Part shown: piece after piece, positions 1 through 9,789 of the stretch
How the letters are laid out: every line of letters begins with the position of its first letter
How positions within the stretch are numbered: the first letter of the stretch is position 1
Source of the DNA: a virus
Taxonomy: Duplodnaviria > Caudoviricetes
DNA length: 64,000 bases
Reading direction: 5' to 3' (one strand)
IMG/VR virus record: IMGVR_UViG_3300020148_000032
The notes under the pieces: model-generated
Told to the model about the DNA's origin: nothing
The model's database searches: none
What the model saw: only the letters and a program-made list of their open reading frames with translations
Made by a program: the position numbers and the translations under genes

Positions 1-69
1 TAGTAAGAGAAATACTTCTTTCATTCTTGGTAACGTCTAGCTTTTCTTCTATAATTGTAGTGAATTTCA

Positions 70-395
70 TTAGACAAGTTCCTTAACTACTGAAAGAGGG
101 TATTGCAACAAATCTCTATTCTTTGTAAGTTTTTCAATTGCTTCAAAATTTGGCTGAATAGTTTGTAACAAATCATTTTCTTTCTTATTCTGCATAGATT
201 CATCATAATAAAAAAGATTTTATGTCCATCAGAATCCCGAAAAGGAACTCTTTTTAAAAAGTTTTCTTGAAGCTCAAGACTTGGGCAACTCTCTTGGAAA
301 AATAGTTTTCCTACAAAAGGGTCATTTTTATCAGACTTATGAACAATAAAGTTTGTCTCTAACCCATTAGGGATAAGGTCAATAAGTGTTTTCAT
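70..395 (-). pseudogene. Frameshifted hypothetical gene (or homopolymer sequencing error); C-terminal LP-motif family
   Basis: ATG at 395 overlaps nrdI TGA. Adding one T to the T6 run at 210-215 gives ...YYDESMQNKKENDLLQ...DLLQYPLSVVKELV* ending at 70, whose TAA overlaps the next ATG (TAATG). Confidence 0.6.
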
Positions 396-805
396 TTTAA
401 AGAATCCCAATAACGTTGAATTCCAAGAATAACATTCTCAGTATCACGCGAAGTCCCAGCAAGTTCGAAATGATAAAGAAGAGGAACATTGAGTTTTTTT
501 GAGATAATACGCCCTGCAAGACCATAAGCCTCACCGAAGTTAATATTACCTCCAGTAATTACGCCTACACAAAGGTTGCGATTTTCTTCAACATTCAAGA
601 ATTTAATCACTTGCTTTGGTACAGCACCCTTATGATTTCCTCCACCATAAGTAGGAACAAAAAGGATATATTTCTCAGTCATTAAAAGTGATTTATCACT
701 AGCTCTCAAAGGCAAACGATAAGACTCAAAACCTAAAGTGTCAACGAACTTCTTAGTATTCTCAGTGACAGATGAAAAATATACAATCTTAGGGGTGCTT
801 TCCAT
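392..805 (-). CDS. nrdI: Class Ib ribonucleotide reductase flavodoxin NrdI
   Basis: IVYFSSVTENT, FVPTYGGG, VPKQVIKFLN, GNINFGEAY, FELAGT motifs. Confidence 0.93.
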   Translation of the reverse strand: MESTPKIVYFSSVTENTKKFVDTLGFESYRLPLRASDKSLLMTEKYILFVPTYGGGNHKGAVPKQVIKFLNVEENRNLCVGVITGGNINFGEAYGLAGRIISKKLNVPLLYHFELAGTSRDTENVILGIQRYWDSLK

Positions 806-807
806 TA

Positions 808-1125
808 CTATACCTCTTCTTTAAACCCTACTTCATAAAAAGTTTTGAAGAGCCTTTCCTTACTGCGAAGGATATTTTCTTTATTCTGAAGTGGGAAACT
901 ACTAATATTATAATAACCTTTTTTAGAGGAAGAATCAACAATAACTTCAAGTATTACATTACGATCTAAAAATGCTGAATAATAATATTTTTGTGAAGAA
1001 AAATTCCTAAAACCTAACCTCTGAAAAACAGCGTGAGAGGTCTCCATAGGGAATGAAACGTTAGTTAGTCCAAGCATAAGGGTCCGCCTTAAAAACAAGT
1101 AGTTGGTTAGATGAGGGAAAGTCAA
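808..1125 (-). CDS. Hypothetical protein (start uncertain)
   Basis: Fills the gap in a minus-strand operon; TAG-TAATG junction to nrdI. Confidence 0.5.
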   Translation of the reverse strand: MTFPHLTNYLFLRRTLMLGLTNVSFPMETSHAVFQRLGFRNFSSQKYYYSAFLDRNVILEVIVDSSSKKGYYNISSFPLQNKENILRSKERLFKTFYEVGFKEEV

Positions 1126-1957
1126 TTTTCACATTGTCAGAATCATAGAGGGACACCCTTTCCTCCAAATGCTCTCTATACCCTGGTTGTAAGTACTCTT
1201 CAGAATGAACAAGACTAAACCCATACTTTTGAACATATTCAGCATATTCACTACGAGTAAAAAGTGCGTATTTCTCTTTTGATTCACGATGAACCGAGCG
1301 AATACCCCAAGTGAAAGTATAAATAAACTCCATAATGGACTGCTCATCACCATAAAGAGTATATGGATCAGTCATTGTTAAATGAATATACTGATTAGAG
1401 CTACCCTTAACAATTAGTTTTTCTTCCTTAGTAAAGTCTGGAAAATCTTTAACATATTCTTCCAAAAAATCTGAAAGCTCTACGGGGTCTGTAAAGTGAG
1501 CTCTAATTGTTCGATTTGTAGTGGGAATAACTCCATCACGAATAATTAATCTGCCACCGTCTTTTAGAAGAGTCCTCATATGATGAAGAGTCTCATTAAA
1601 AGCACCCCACGAGTATTCTCCAGTATTTGAATGTCCATATGAGAATACTTCATGAAGCACACTAGAGCACACAATATTAGAGAAGAAACCAGGGTAAAGT
1701 AAATTGCCAAGTCTCTCGCTTGAACCCTTAAGAACATGCAACCCCTTGATTTTTCTGAGTATTTCCAAACTTTCAGGAGAATAATCAAGTGAATATGTTT
1801 CATGTCCAAACTTCATAATGGTTTTAGAAAGATCACCAGTTCCTGCTCCAACATCAAGAGTTGGCCCGTCAATAAGGTAATCGAGTATCTTCTTCTTATC
1901 CCCAAGACTAGAAGTCATAAGATCAAAATATTCTTGATCATAAGTAAGCTTTTGCAT
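1061..1957 (-). CDS. Class I SAM-dependent methyltransferase
   Basis: LDVGAGTG, SSVLHEVFSY, LKDGGRLIIRDG; start moved to MQKL. Confidence 0.88.
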   Translation of the reverse strand: MQKLTYDQEYFDLMTSSLGDKKKILDYLIDGPTLDVGAGTGDLSKTIMKFGHETYSLDYSPESLEILRKIKGLHVLKGSSERLGNLLYPGFFSNIVCSSVLHEVFSYGHSNTGEYSWGAFNETLHHMRTLLKDGGRLIIRDGVIPTTNRTIRAHFTDPVELSDFLEEYVKDFPDFTKEEKLIVKGSSNQYIHLTMTDPYTLYGDEQSIMEFIYTFTWGIRSVHRESKEKYALFTRSEYAEYVQKYGFSLVHSEEYLQPGYREHLEERVSLYDSDNVKIDFPSSNQLLVFKADPYAWTN

Positions 1958-1997
1958 GTTGAAATACCCTATCTTTACATTCCTATTATAACAAGTT

Positions 1998-2630
1998 CTA
2001 CATTCGAGACAGAACCAGATCATTCTCTTCGAGGGCAATAGCGAAATCAGTAATATCTGTGAGAGTCATGAGATCATAGTCAAACAAATCATCAATAGTC
2101 ACCTTGTAAGACTCAAAGAATTCGAGCGAATGAGGGTTAGCGGCTGCAGAAATGCTACCTACATCCTCCCACTTGTTCTTGTAGAAAACGGCAGCATATT
2201 CGCTATCCTGAGGATTCAGATCATCAAAGTTATCATTCAGATCTTCTTCAATAAGTGGAGAGAAAATCTGCTCAGGCTTGAAGCGCACGCGATACACGTA
2301 GAATTCAGTGAGACCCTCCTCGCGGAATCGGGCACCCGCGCGCTCGAGCGCAGCATACTCAGTACCAATGTGAGTGTAGTACGAATTACCATTATTGGCT
2401 GAAAGAATACGCTCTTTCCAAGAGTCATGTGCGGTGACATGGTACCAGTCACGCTCGACCAACTCTTGAAAGGTAAGATTGGTGTCAGAACTTGCTCCAA
2501 TAAGAAGATTATTAATGTGAATCTTACCTCCACAGATGCACGAGAGTTCGTGAGAGGGATCCATAAGGTAAATTACTTCTTCCTTCTTAAGAGTAAGGAG
2601 GCAGTGATTACAGTAGACCTTAGTCAGCAT
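1998..2630 (-). CDS. Zn-ribbon plus possible ADP-ribosyltransferase-like domain protein
   Basis: CNHC...CIC at the N-terminus; WYHVT, HIGT, YKNKWEDVGSIS resemble ART-fold motifs. Confidence 0.4.
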   Translation of the reverse strand: MLTKVYCNHCLLTLKKEEVIYLMDPSHELSCICGGKIHINNLLIGASSDTNLTFQELVERDWYHVTAHDSWKERILSANNGNSYYTHIGTEYAALERAGARFREEGLTEFYVYRVRFKPEQIFSPLIEEDLNDNFDDLNPQDSEYAAVFYKNKWEDVGSISAAANPHSLEFFESYKVTIDDLFDYDLMTLTDITDFAIALEENDLVLSRM

Positions 2631-2631
2631 T

Positions 2632-3195
2632 TTATAATTTCAACACTTTCTTTTCACCAGCAAGGGATATCGTTATTGAGTCAAATGATACATCACCTAG
2701 AACAAAAAGTGAATCCTCAACTACTGCATAGTAATTATCGGTGTAACCTAGATTCAAATGAGGGTTCCAAATTGAACTCAAGTTTTGATTCTCGTTTCTA
2801 AAAACTTTTGAAAGATAAGAGATTAGATCTCTTCTAAGATCTGTCACACTTTTAGATTCACGAAAATTAACGTTAGCGTTAACAGTTGTTTTTACATCAT
2901 CACGATGGCTGTTAGTAATGTTAATAGAATACAATTCACCTGAAAGAGGGAGTATATCATGTCTATTAATCTCTTTAGTAGAAAGATCAAAAAACATATC
3001 CCTCTCATTTTCCTTCATGTGAGAAACATCACCAAGGAAAAGCAGAGTGACATGAAGATCTTCGGGGGAGAGACCCCATGGACGCGCAATACGAGCTGCA
3101 TCGTGTTCGGAAGGAGAAAGCATGATTGCACCATACTTATTTTTAATCATATTCAAGTATTCATTATTGTCCATTTCAGATTTTCCTGTGATCAT
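2632..3195 (-). CDS. 2H phosphoesterase (2'-5' RNA ligase/Acb1-like fold)
   Basis: LHVTLLFLG and WNPHLNLGY (second HxT degenerate). Confidence 0.75.
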   Translation of the reverse strand: MITGKSEMDNNEYLNMIKNKYGAIMLSPSEHDAARIARPWGLSPEDLHVTLLFLGDVSHMKENERDMFFDLSTKEINRHDILPLSGELYSINITNSHRDDVKTTVNANVNFRESKSVTDLRRDLISYLSKVFRNENQNLSSIWNPHLNLGYTDNYYAVVEDSLFVLGDVSFDSITISLAGEKKVLKL

Positions 3196-3220
3196 TACAT
3201 CCCCTAAATAACGTTTTTTA

Positions 3221-3249
3221 ATTATGACACAGGTTTATATCAAAGTCAA
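3221..3249 (-). promoter_or_regulatory. Sigma70/SigA-type promoter
   Basis: TTGACT-N17-CATAAT upstream of the 2H gene. Confidence 0.7.
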
Positions 3250-3252
3250 TGA

Positions 3253-3286
3253 GAAAAGCCGCTGTTTCAAAGAAACAGCGGCTTTC
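3253..3286. terminator. Intrinsic terminator hairpin
   Basis: AAAGCCGCTGTTTC-aaa-GAAACAGCGGCTTT. Confidence 0.75.
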
Positions 3287-3333
3287 ATTCTCTTAAAACT
3301 AAAATTTAAAAAAAGAGATTAATTTTAAAAATT

Positions 3334-3813
3334 TTAGCGAATATTGAAAGAGAGAGAACTTTTATCATTCTTGAATTTAATGTGATTAATAAGATTAGTC
3401 TCAAAAATGATACTTAAGATTGACTCTAGATCTTTATCTTTAGTATAGAAAACAAAAGCTCCATTGTCCATAGTAAAGTATTCTTTCAATTGATTATTTT
3501 CAATATAATTCATCATTCTATTAAGAATCTTCTTGAAAGCGTAACTAGTATTACGGCTTCTTCCAGTAATAATGAACATATAACTTCCATTATTAAGATC
3601 TATTTTTCGAATGAAATTCTTTCTCGCTCTTCGAGCAAAAACCTTTTCAAGAAGATTAATAGAAGCTTTTAATTTTTCTCCCCTGAAATTAGTGAAAAAT
3701 GTGAGTGTTACTTTCTTACCTTCAATTTTAATATTGAAAGAGTCAGTGTTATTCTCAAAATGCGTGACTTTTTTCCGTAATTTCCACATGTAAAAAATTT
3801 TAAAAATATTCAT
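3334..3813 (-). CDS. Hypothetical basic protein
   Basis: ORF; start MNIFK after AAGGA. Confidence 0.55.
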   Translation of the reverse strand: MNIFKIFYMWKLRKKVTHFENNTDSFNIKIEGKKVTLTFFTNFRGEKLKASINLLEKVFARRARKNFIRKIDLNNGSYMFIITGRSRNTSYAFKKILNRMMNYIENNQLKEYFTMDNGAFVFYTKDKDLESILSIIFETNLINHIKFKNDKSSLSFNIR

Positions 3814-3814
3814 T

Positions 3815-4159
3815 TTATTCCTTAGATAATAAACTCTCAACATCGAAAGAGAATTCCATAAGCCAACCCTTACCATAACCTATTTGAACCTCAGAAATCT
3901 TCATTGCTACGTTAGAGTCTTCCAAAAGCTCAGCAATTCCAACTCCAGTACTATAATCTTTCACAAAGAACCTATTGAAACCAGGAGTAAGCCCGTAACC
4001 AGCTAGACACACTGAGATTGGCTCTTCACGACCATAATCTCCATCAATAAGAACAGCAAGTGAATCATCACTAGCGTAACGACTCACATAAAGATTAGTA
4101 GCGTTCTTCTTATAATATCGAGTAGTAAATTCGTTAAGTTGGGTAATCTTCTTTAGCAT
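3815..4159 (-). CDS. Hypothetical protein (DUF4313-like)
   Basis: RY..D.SLAV...ISVCL...FVKDYS pattern; RBS AAGGAG. Confidence 0.5.
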   Translation of the reverse strand: MLKKITQLNEFTTRYYKKNATNLYVSRYASDDSLAVLIDGDYGREEPISVCLAGYGLTPGFNRFFVKDYSTGVGIAELLEDSNVAMKISEVQIGYGKGWLMEFSFDVESLLSKE

Positions 4160-4162
4160 GTC

Positions 4163-4816
4163 TTACTCCTTCTCTTTAAGAAAGTCAAGTACTATTGTCC
4201 AATTATATCGAGAGACACCATAATTCTCATGTGGTGCTATACATAAAAAATTAGACTTTTTTACTGTCGGGAAAGACGCAGTTTTCTCTGATTCAAGTAA
4301 AAGTATTCTTTCTGGAATTGCAGAGTCATCAATCCAAATAATTTGAGAATTCCCCATGTTTGTATCTTTCAAATAATTTTTGAGAGATAAGAATTTGCAG
4401 GAATGATCGTGATAATGAAATTCATCTCCCCAAGGAAGAAAACTCATTTCATTGAAAGACTTTATCTCAAGTCGAGAACACACATCATCCATATGTTCTC
4501 TCCAAGTAGTAAGCCAAATGATCTGAACAGTTGATTTAGAGGTTAACTGGTTAAACTCTTTTACGAATTCTGTTGACCACTGTAATTCATAAGTCTTAGG
4601 TTCTCTATAAGTCTTATGCATTTTATGATAGTGAGCTTCTACATCCTTATCATAATGAGGGTTAGGGTGTCGCTCTCTTTTATCAGCAGGATAATATTCT
4701 TTAGGGAAAGTTCCGCTATGGTAGAAGGAATTAAAGACTCCGTCAAAATCTACAAAAAGAAACGTCTTTACTCCAGCATTCAAATATGCTGTAGCACTTA
4801 ACGCTTCTTTAAACAT
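4163..4816 (-). CDS. HAD-superfamily protein (RNA-repair 'Swiss army knife' HAD type)
   Basis: FVDFDGVFN, WLTTWR, IWIDD; paralog of 52034. Confidence 0.8.
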   Translation of the reverse strand: MFKEALSATAYLNAGVKTFLFVDFDGVFNSFYHSGTFPKEYYPADKRERHPNPHYDKDVEAHYHKMHKTYREPKTYELQWSTEFVKEFNQLTSKSTVQIIWLTTWREHMDDVCSRLEIKSFNEMSFLPWGDEFHYHDHSCKFLSLKNYLKDTNMGNSQIIWIDDSAIPERILLLESEKTASFPTVKKSNFLCIAPHENYGVSRYNWTIVLDFLKEKE

Positions 4817-4883
4817 AAAACCTCCAATGTTTATATCTTATCACCTAATTCTCTTAAAAGAAATACTTTATAGATACTTTTTT

Positions 4884-5006
4884 ATGAAAACTTATCATGT
4901 TAATCCAGAAGCTGGGAAAATAGATATTGTTCCATATGATAAACAAAATATTGAAATAAGGGGTTGGTTACCGCATTATAAAGACATGACTTTTGTTGAA
5001 AGTTGA
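4884..5006 (+). pseudogene. Short degenerate H-C-C-H tag ORF (40 aa)
   Basis: MKTYHVNPEAGK...LPHYKD: keeps both His, lacks both Cys; below the ORF-track cutoff. Confidence 0.4.
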
Positions 5007-5063
5007 GTTGACAAAAGACCTTTATTTTAGTTAAAATAAGTATTGAAAGAAAGGAATTTACTT

Positions 5064-5684
5064 ATGAATACTACACCGATTGTTATGACAGTCATTGTGA
5101 ATGATTCAAAGAATTTCTCTCTTTATTCTCTTTATCATGCTTTAGGGCAGGGTTTCCTTGAATTTTACCCGATTCTTAGCTCTAGTATTCTTCATTCTGA
5201 GTGGGAGAACACTGATTATCGAAAAATTGTAAAGAGAGCAAAGCCCGAACTTTTTAAAAAGATTGTTGCAACGACTGAGGGTAATTATTTCAAAAAAGGT
5301 AACGTTGAATTCTTGTTTCTTCCTTTGAGTTATCAAGGTCAGGATCCAACTTCTATTAAGAGAGCTCAATTAGCTCACTTTAATGGGGTTTTTATTCAAG
5401 AAGATTATTCTGAATCATTTTTTAAAGTAACTCTTAACTCTCTTGTTGACATGAGTTCTGGTAAGCAAGCGGCGGCTGTTATGCATAGTGTTCATAGAGC
5501 TTTCTGTGAATCTAGCATTAAGGTAAGAGACGAATGGGAATCAAGAGGTTTCGATTTCGTTATAGAGAATAGTGTTATCACTATTGATAAAGATTATGAT
5601 GTTATTATTCACGATCTCGGTTACACTGAGGTTCCTACAGGGACCATCACTGTAGCGGGTGAGTGGCTTCATCCACAAGATTAA
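5064..5684 (+). CDS. Peptidyl-tRNA hydrolase PTH2-like protein
   Basis: MSSGKQAAAVMH and IHDLGYTEVPTGTITV match PTH2 signatures; TTGACA promoter at 5008. Confidence 0.75.
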   Translation: MNTTPIVMTVIVNDSKNFSLYSLYHALGQGFLEFYPILSSSILHSEWENTDYRKIVKRAKPELFKKIVATTEGNYFKKGNVEFLFLPLSYQGQDPTSIKRAQLAHFNGVFIQEDYSESFFKVTLNSLVDMSSGKQAAAVMHSVHRAFCESSIKVRDEWESRGFDFVIENSVITIDKDYDVIIHDLGYTEVPTGTITVAGEWLHPQD

Positions 5685-5874
5685 CTTAAGATGTACCTAA
5701 TGAAGAATTTTTTAATGAAATTGTTTCCGAACATGAAAAATTCATATGCTGAAACTCACAATCCTGAAAACATTAGATTGCGCGCTGATTTTGAAAATCA
5801 GAATAGGATTATTTCAAGAATTCACTAAAAAGAAAAAAGGGCTCAAATATTTGGGCTCCTTTCTAGTAAGAATT

Positions 5875-6387
5875 CTATATTTTTGATTTTAATTCTTCTT
5901 TTCTTGCATTAATTTTTTCAAGGTAAAGAGTGACTTCAACTGATCTGTTCTTCAAAAAGGTATGGTTCTTTTTCAAGCCTTCTAATTCTTTTTCTTGCTC
6001 AGAAATTTTAGCCTCTATTTTTTGTTTTCTTTCACCAGATAATTTTGAAGCTTTATTCTTAAGTGACCCAACAAATGCTTCTTTAAGAGCAACTTTGTCT
6101 TCAACTTTTTGAATTAAAGAAGTGAGGGTTTCATCTTTAAGAAGCGTTTTCGCTCTATCTTTCTCTATTTCTTTATCATTGACATATTTCTTTACTGGGA
6201 ATCGAGAGTACCTTTCACGCTCGTGAAAGAGTGAATCCTCTAGGTCATCTTTCATTGATGCTTCATATGCCACTCTTGCATCTTGAGGTGTTTCATAATG
6301 CTCATCTTTAGATCCATATGGACACCTTCCGAAAAGAGCCTTACAGGCTCCTGGATTACCATTCTTGTCAATGTGAAATTTAGCCAT
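5875..6387 (-). CDS. H-C-C-H tag plus coiled-coil protein
   Basis: MAKFHIDKNGNPGACKALFGRCPYGSKDEHY; K/E-rich heptads after it. Confidence 0.75.
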   Translation of the reverse strand: MAKFHIDKNGNPGACKALFGRCPYGSKDEHYETPQDARVAYEASMKDDLEDSLFHERERYSRFPVKKYVNDKEIEKDRAKTLLKDETLTSLIQKVEDKVALKEAFVGSLKNKASKLSGERKQKIEAKISEQEKELEGLKKNHTFLKNRSVEVTLYLEKINARKEELKSKI

Positions 6388-6756
6388 TATGAACCCCTTT
6401 TAATTTTATTTACCTATCTAAAAAGAATCTAGAAGAGAGACCGCTCCTAGTAATATAAGTAGTTAAGTAGTATTGTTACTTTATAAACTATTTATAAAGA
6501 ATTTAAAAAACAAGCTTATAAATAGTACCATGCTAAGTAAAGTCAAAAACAAGTTTTTAGGCTTTTTAGGTTTTTGTGGAGCAAGAAGATTTGAAAATAC
6601 TAAGTAAGTTTTATTATTATTGGTAGTTTATTTTAGACTGCAGTCTTAGAAAGGAAAAGTCAGAGGTATGTCGTTCATCATAACTGCACTAAAGTTCTGT
6701 TAGAAAGCAGCTTAGAGTTAGTAGCCGTACAATTTAGACACACTCCTACAAAACGG

Positions 6757-7071
6757 CTACTCTTCTATGTGCTCTGAAGGAGCTTCGGGATTTTGGTCCT
6801 CAGGCTTCGGCCAATTTCGTGACATATTCTTCTCTAACTTGAACTTAACTTTGTCAAGTAAATCTTGTGGCTCAAATCCCATTCTCATAGCACCACCAGT
6901 CAATAACAAAATTCCATCAACCCACTCTTCGAGATCCGCAGGATCTTTTTCAATTTCATCTAACTCTTTACGAGCATGAGCAATAATTCCAACATATGTC
7001 TGGTGAGGCCAAGTCTTATCAGCAAATTCTCTCTGCACATAAAGAAAGTTTTCATCAATCGAAAAATTCAT
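6757..7071 (-). CDS. DUF550 dATP/dGTP pyrophosphohydrolase (MazG-like)
   Basis: QREFADKTW, HARKELDEI..DP.DLEEWVD, KNMSRNWP. Confidence 0.82.
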   Translation of the reverse strand: MNFSIDENFLYVQREFADKTWPHQTYVGIIAHARKELDEIEKDPADLEEWVDGILLLTGGAMRMGFEPQDLLDKVKFKLEKNMSRNWPKPEDQNPEAPSEHIEE

Positions 7072-7072
7072 G

Positions 7073-8047
7073 TTAAAGAGCTCCCTTGAAAGAAGAATGG
7101 GTCACTCCGTAAATTGAAAGCTTGTTCTTCTTAGCTTCCAGAAGAGTAGAGTTTTGAGAAGTCTTTACAGCGTTTTGAGCCTTCTCGGAAATTAAAGGAA
7201 CGTCAGACACAATAAAAGCCGCTCGGGAAGAAGTAGGAAAAACAAGGGCGTGGTTAGAGTCAGACATCTTAATTTCCCTCTGCGGAACATAAGGCGTAAA
7301 GAAAAGATCGTAATCAGTCTGAATAAAATGACCTCGTGGAGTCTCTACATAATCAATCATTGTAATAAGAGAATTCACAAATCCATTGATTGTGCGAATA
7401 GACTTTACATTGAGTTCCGGTCGCGGGTTGCGTACAGCCTGAGAAAGGAAGAACCCATACAGACGGACAAGATCAACATAGCGCGCACCCTTGTACTGGT
7501 TAGGGTTCGTCAGTTTCTGAGTGGACTCAAGGTAGAGAGCTTCAATAACAGAGAAGAAAGACTCAACACTAAGGTTATAAAAACCATTCCCCTCTTCATC
7601 AATTCCATGTGCAAAGAAAGTATCAATAACCTCTTCCTGAAAAACACCTGAATCCGTAAAGCGGAGAGACTTTACAGTGTAATTGCGAGAGTTAGGAACC
7701 TTTGACCCACGGAACTTCTTAATAAAGCACAGTGGGAGCCAGTGATGGACCTTAGGAGAATGCGCGCTCTTTGATGATCCAAGGCGAGAGATGAGAGTCA
7801 TTGTCAAGTAGTAAATAACGTCAGACTTCATGTCAAGAGAGAAAGGGTCGCCCTTAATAGTCTGAGATGTAAGGAGCTTCGCCTGCGCTTGCGCGTAATT
7901 TGAAACCTTCTCCCTCAAAGAGGGATCCTTAATCATGAGGGAGTTAAGAGCTTCAAATTTCTGGGGAACTTCAAGAGGCATGTCTGTTAAATTAAACGTG
8001 AGTTCAAGAGCAGTGAGATACCTGTTCATCTCATCGCGTGTTGACAT
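7073..8047 (-). CDS. DUF4238-like protein
   Basis: HHWLPLCFIKKF, VESFFSVIE, SQAVRNP. Confidence 0.55.
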   Translation of the reverse strand: MSTRDEMNRYLTALELTFNLTDMPLEVPQKFEALNSLMIKDPSLREKVSNYAQAQAKLLTSQTIKGDPFSLDMKSDVIYYLTMTLISRLGSSKSAHSPKVHHWLPLCFIKKFRGSKVPNSRNYTVKSLRFTDSGVFQEEVIDTFFAHGIDEEGNGFYNLSVESFFSVIEALYLESTQKLTNPNQYKGARYVDLVRLYGFFLSQAVRNPRPELNVKSIRTINGFVNSLITMIDYVETPRGHFIQTDYDLFFTPYVPQREIKMSDSNHALVFPTSSRAAFIVSDVPLISEKAQNAVKTSQNSTLLEAKKNKLSIYGVTHSSFKGAL

Positions 8048-8266
8048 GGTAGTCCCTTTCGTCGTTCGCAAAAACTATTAAACACGAAAAAGAATCTTAT
8101 GTCAACTATTAAAAGTCTCTCACCCTCATATTTTTCTTTAGAGCAATCTAATGTTTTCCTGAGTAACGGGCTTCTTTATTATTTTTAATTTTTTTCATGA
8201 AAATTGACTCTTTAACTAAATGTTGGGATTTTTTATCGCTTTCAGATTATTGTTGGACCTTTAGTG

Positions 8267-8755
8267 TCATCCCATATCACCTGTATTCTCATCCGTGAGT
8301 GCATTAACCGATTCTGCCCGGTATATTAATTCTAATTTTAGCCACTCTGGAATTGCGGATTCCTCTCGTGGGTGCATTTCGAGGTCTTCTATGACATTTT
8401 CAATAGGAAACGTAGTTCCATCGGCAGTTTTGGGCATTTCAGTATAATTAAATGCTATTTGAAAATTTCCAAGATCTTCAATAGTCGGATTAAGAACAAT
8501 GATACAGTTAAACCATGCACCTTGATTCTTAGTATACATTTGCTCTCTTAAAAGGATAAGATCATAAGAAAGTTGTGACGCTATTTCTGGGGTGAAAAGC
8601 TTTGTTTCATCAAGGTTAGAGATCGCATTAATTCTATTGTGAGTAGGTATGAATTCTACAGTAAAACGACCTATTGGTTTTTCTTCAAAAGAGTCATGCA
8701 ATTTGTCCATAATATGAAAAACCATTTGTTTTGTTTCTTCAGAATATTCATACAT
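8267..8755 (-). CDS. Putative polymorphic-toxin immunity protein (DUF600/YezG-like, actinobacterial type)
   Basis: LREQMY...GAWF...FNY..EDLEMHPR...IPEWL. Confidence 0.65.
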   Translation of the reverse strand: MYEYSEETKQMVFHIMDKLHDSFEEKPIGRFTVEFIPTHNRINAISNLDETKLFTPEIASQLSYDLILLREQMYTKNQGAWFNCIIVLNPTIEDLGNFQIAFNYTEMPKTADGTTFPIENVIEDLEMHPREESAIPEWLKLELIYRAESVNALTDENTGDMG

Positions 8756-8766
8756 GAGAAATGCTC

Positions 8767-9771
8767 CTAAACGTTTTCAATATTTTCTAAATCGGGGAAT
8801 CTCTTTCGTGTAAAATGACGAACTAGATTAGTTATTAAATCGGCAAAATCTTCATCAAGGTCGAAATAGTCAATTTCCTCATCTTGATAACCACTGTTAT
8901 CATAAATGGGGTACTTCACTTTTTCGCCAATACTTAATAAATAATAATTTACAATTACGGCTCTATCTTCAGCGGACGACCACAAGTTAAAATAATCAAT
9001 AGAATTAGAAATTAATTCTGGCTCAAATTCATGTGAAAGATATCCCGGTAAATCAGACTCCTTCTCAGAATCTAACAAGAATGATAATAATTCTTTATCC
9101 TCATAAAGAGAATTAGAATATAAAATATCAATATAATTCCAAATTTTTATAAACAATTCATTATTTTTAAGAATTGAATATTTTTTAGGAATATTCAACT
9201 TTTTTAATCGATCAAAATAAAAAACTTTAGTATCAATAGAATCAAGTTTTTCCTTTATAACCCTTGACTCTTCATTAAGTAAATCGTACCACTCTGGAAT
9301 ATATTTCTTACTTCTCGGGTACTTTTTAAAATGATGTAACAATGATGCTCTTTTTGGGAAAATGTTAGGAACATCATCATTGTCTTTCCACTGATCTTCA
9401 AGTATATTAAAACGTCTCATCCGGTTAATACTTATAGAGAAACTATTCCTCTTTTGAGAGTAATAAAGAGTGAAGTGAAGAAAAGATCCAATTTCTTCAA
9501 GGTAAAATGCTTCTTCAAGATCAAGAATTACTTCATGACTAATTTCTTCAATACAACGGTTTACTAAATCTGGGTGAGTTTTACTTTTCCCAGAGATAAT
9601 AACCCCGCCAATTGTAGTAAAAAAGAATGTAACTTCAGAATTCTTTACATTTTTAAAATGATGAAGTATAGATTCTTCTATACGTTCTAATGCTCGCGCT
9701 ATTTTAGGTGAAGCTATATAATAACCTTCAACTACATCGTCATGAAGTTCTGTTCTAATAATATTTTCCAT
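8767..9771 (-). CDS. Immunity-like domain protein, diverged paralog of 8267
   Basis: AFY..EIGSF and KKYPRSKKYIPEWY. Confidence 0.5.
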   Translation of the reverse strand: MENIIRTELHDDVVEGYYIASPKIARALERIEESILHHFKNVKNSEVTFFFTTIGGVIISGKSKTHPDLVNRCIEEISHEVILDLEEAFYLEEIGSFLHFTLYYSQKRNSFSISINRMRRFNILEDQWKDNDDVPNIFPKRASLLHHFKKYPRSKKYIPEWYDLLNEESRVIKEKLDSIDTKVFYFDRLKKLNIPKKYSILKNNELFIKIWNYIDILYSNSLYEDKELLSFLLDSEKESDLPGYLSHEFEPELISNSIDYFNLWSSAEDRAVIVNYYLLSIGEKVKYPIYDNSGYQDEEIDYFDLDEDFADLITNLVRHFTRKRFPDLENIENV

Positions 9772-9789
9772 AAGAAAAATATCACTTAC

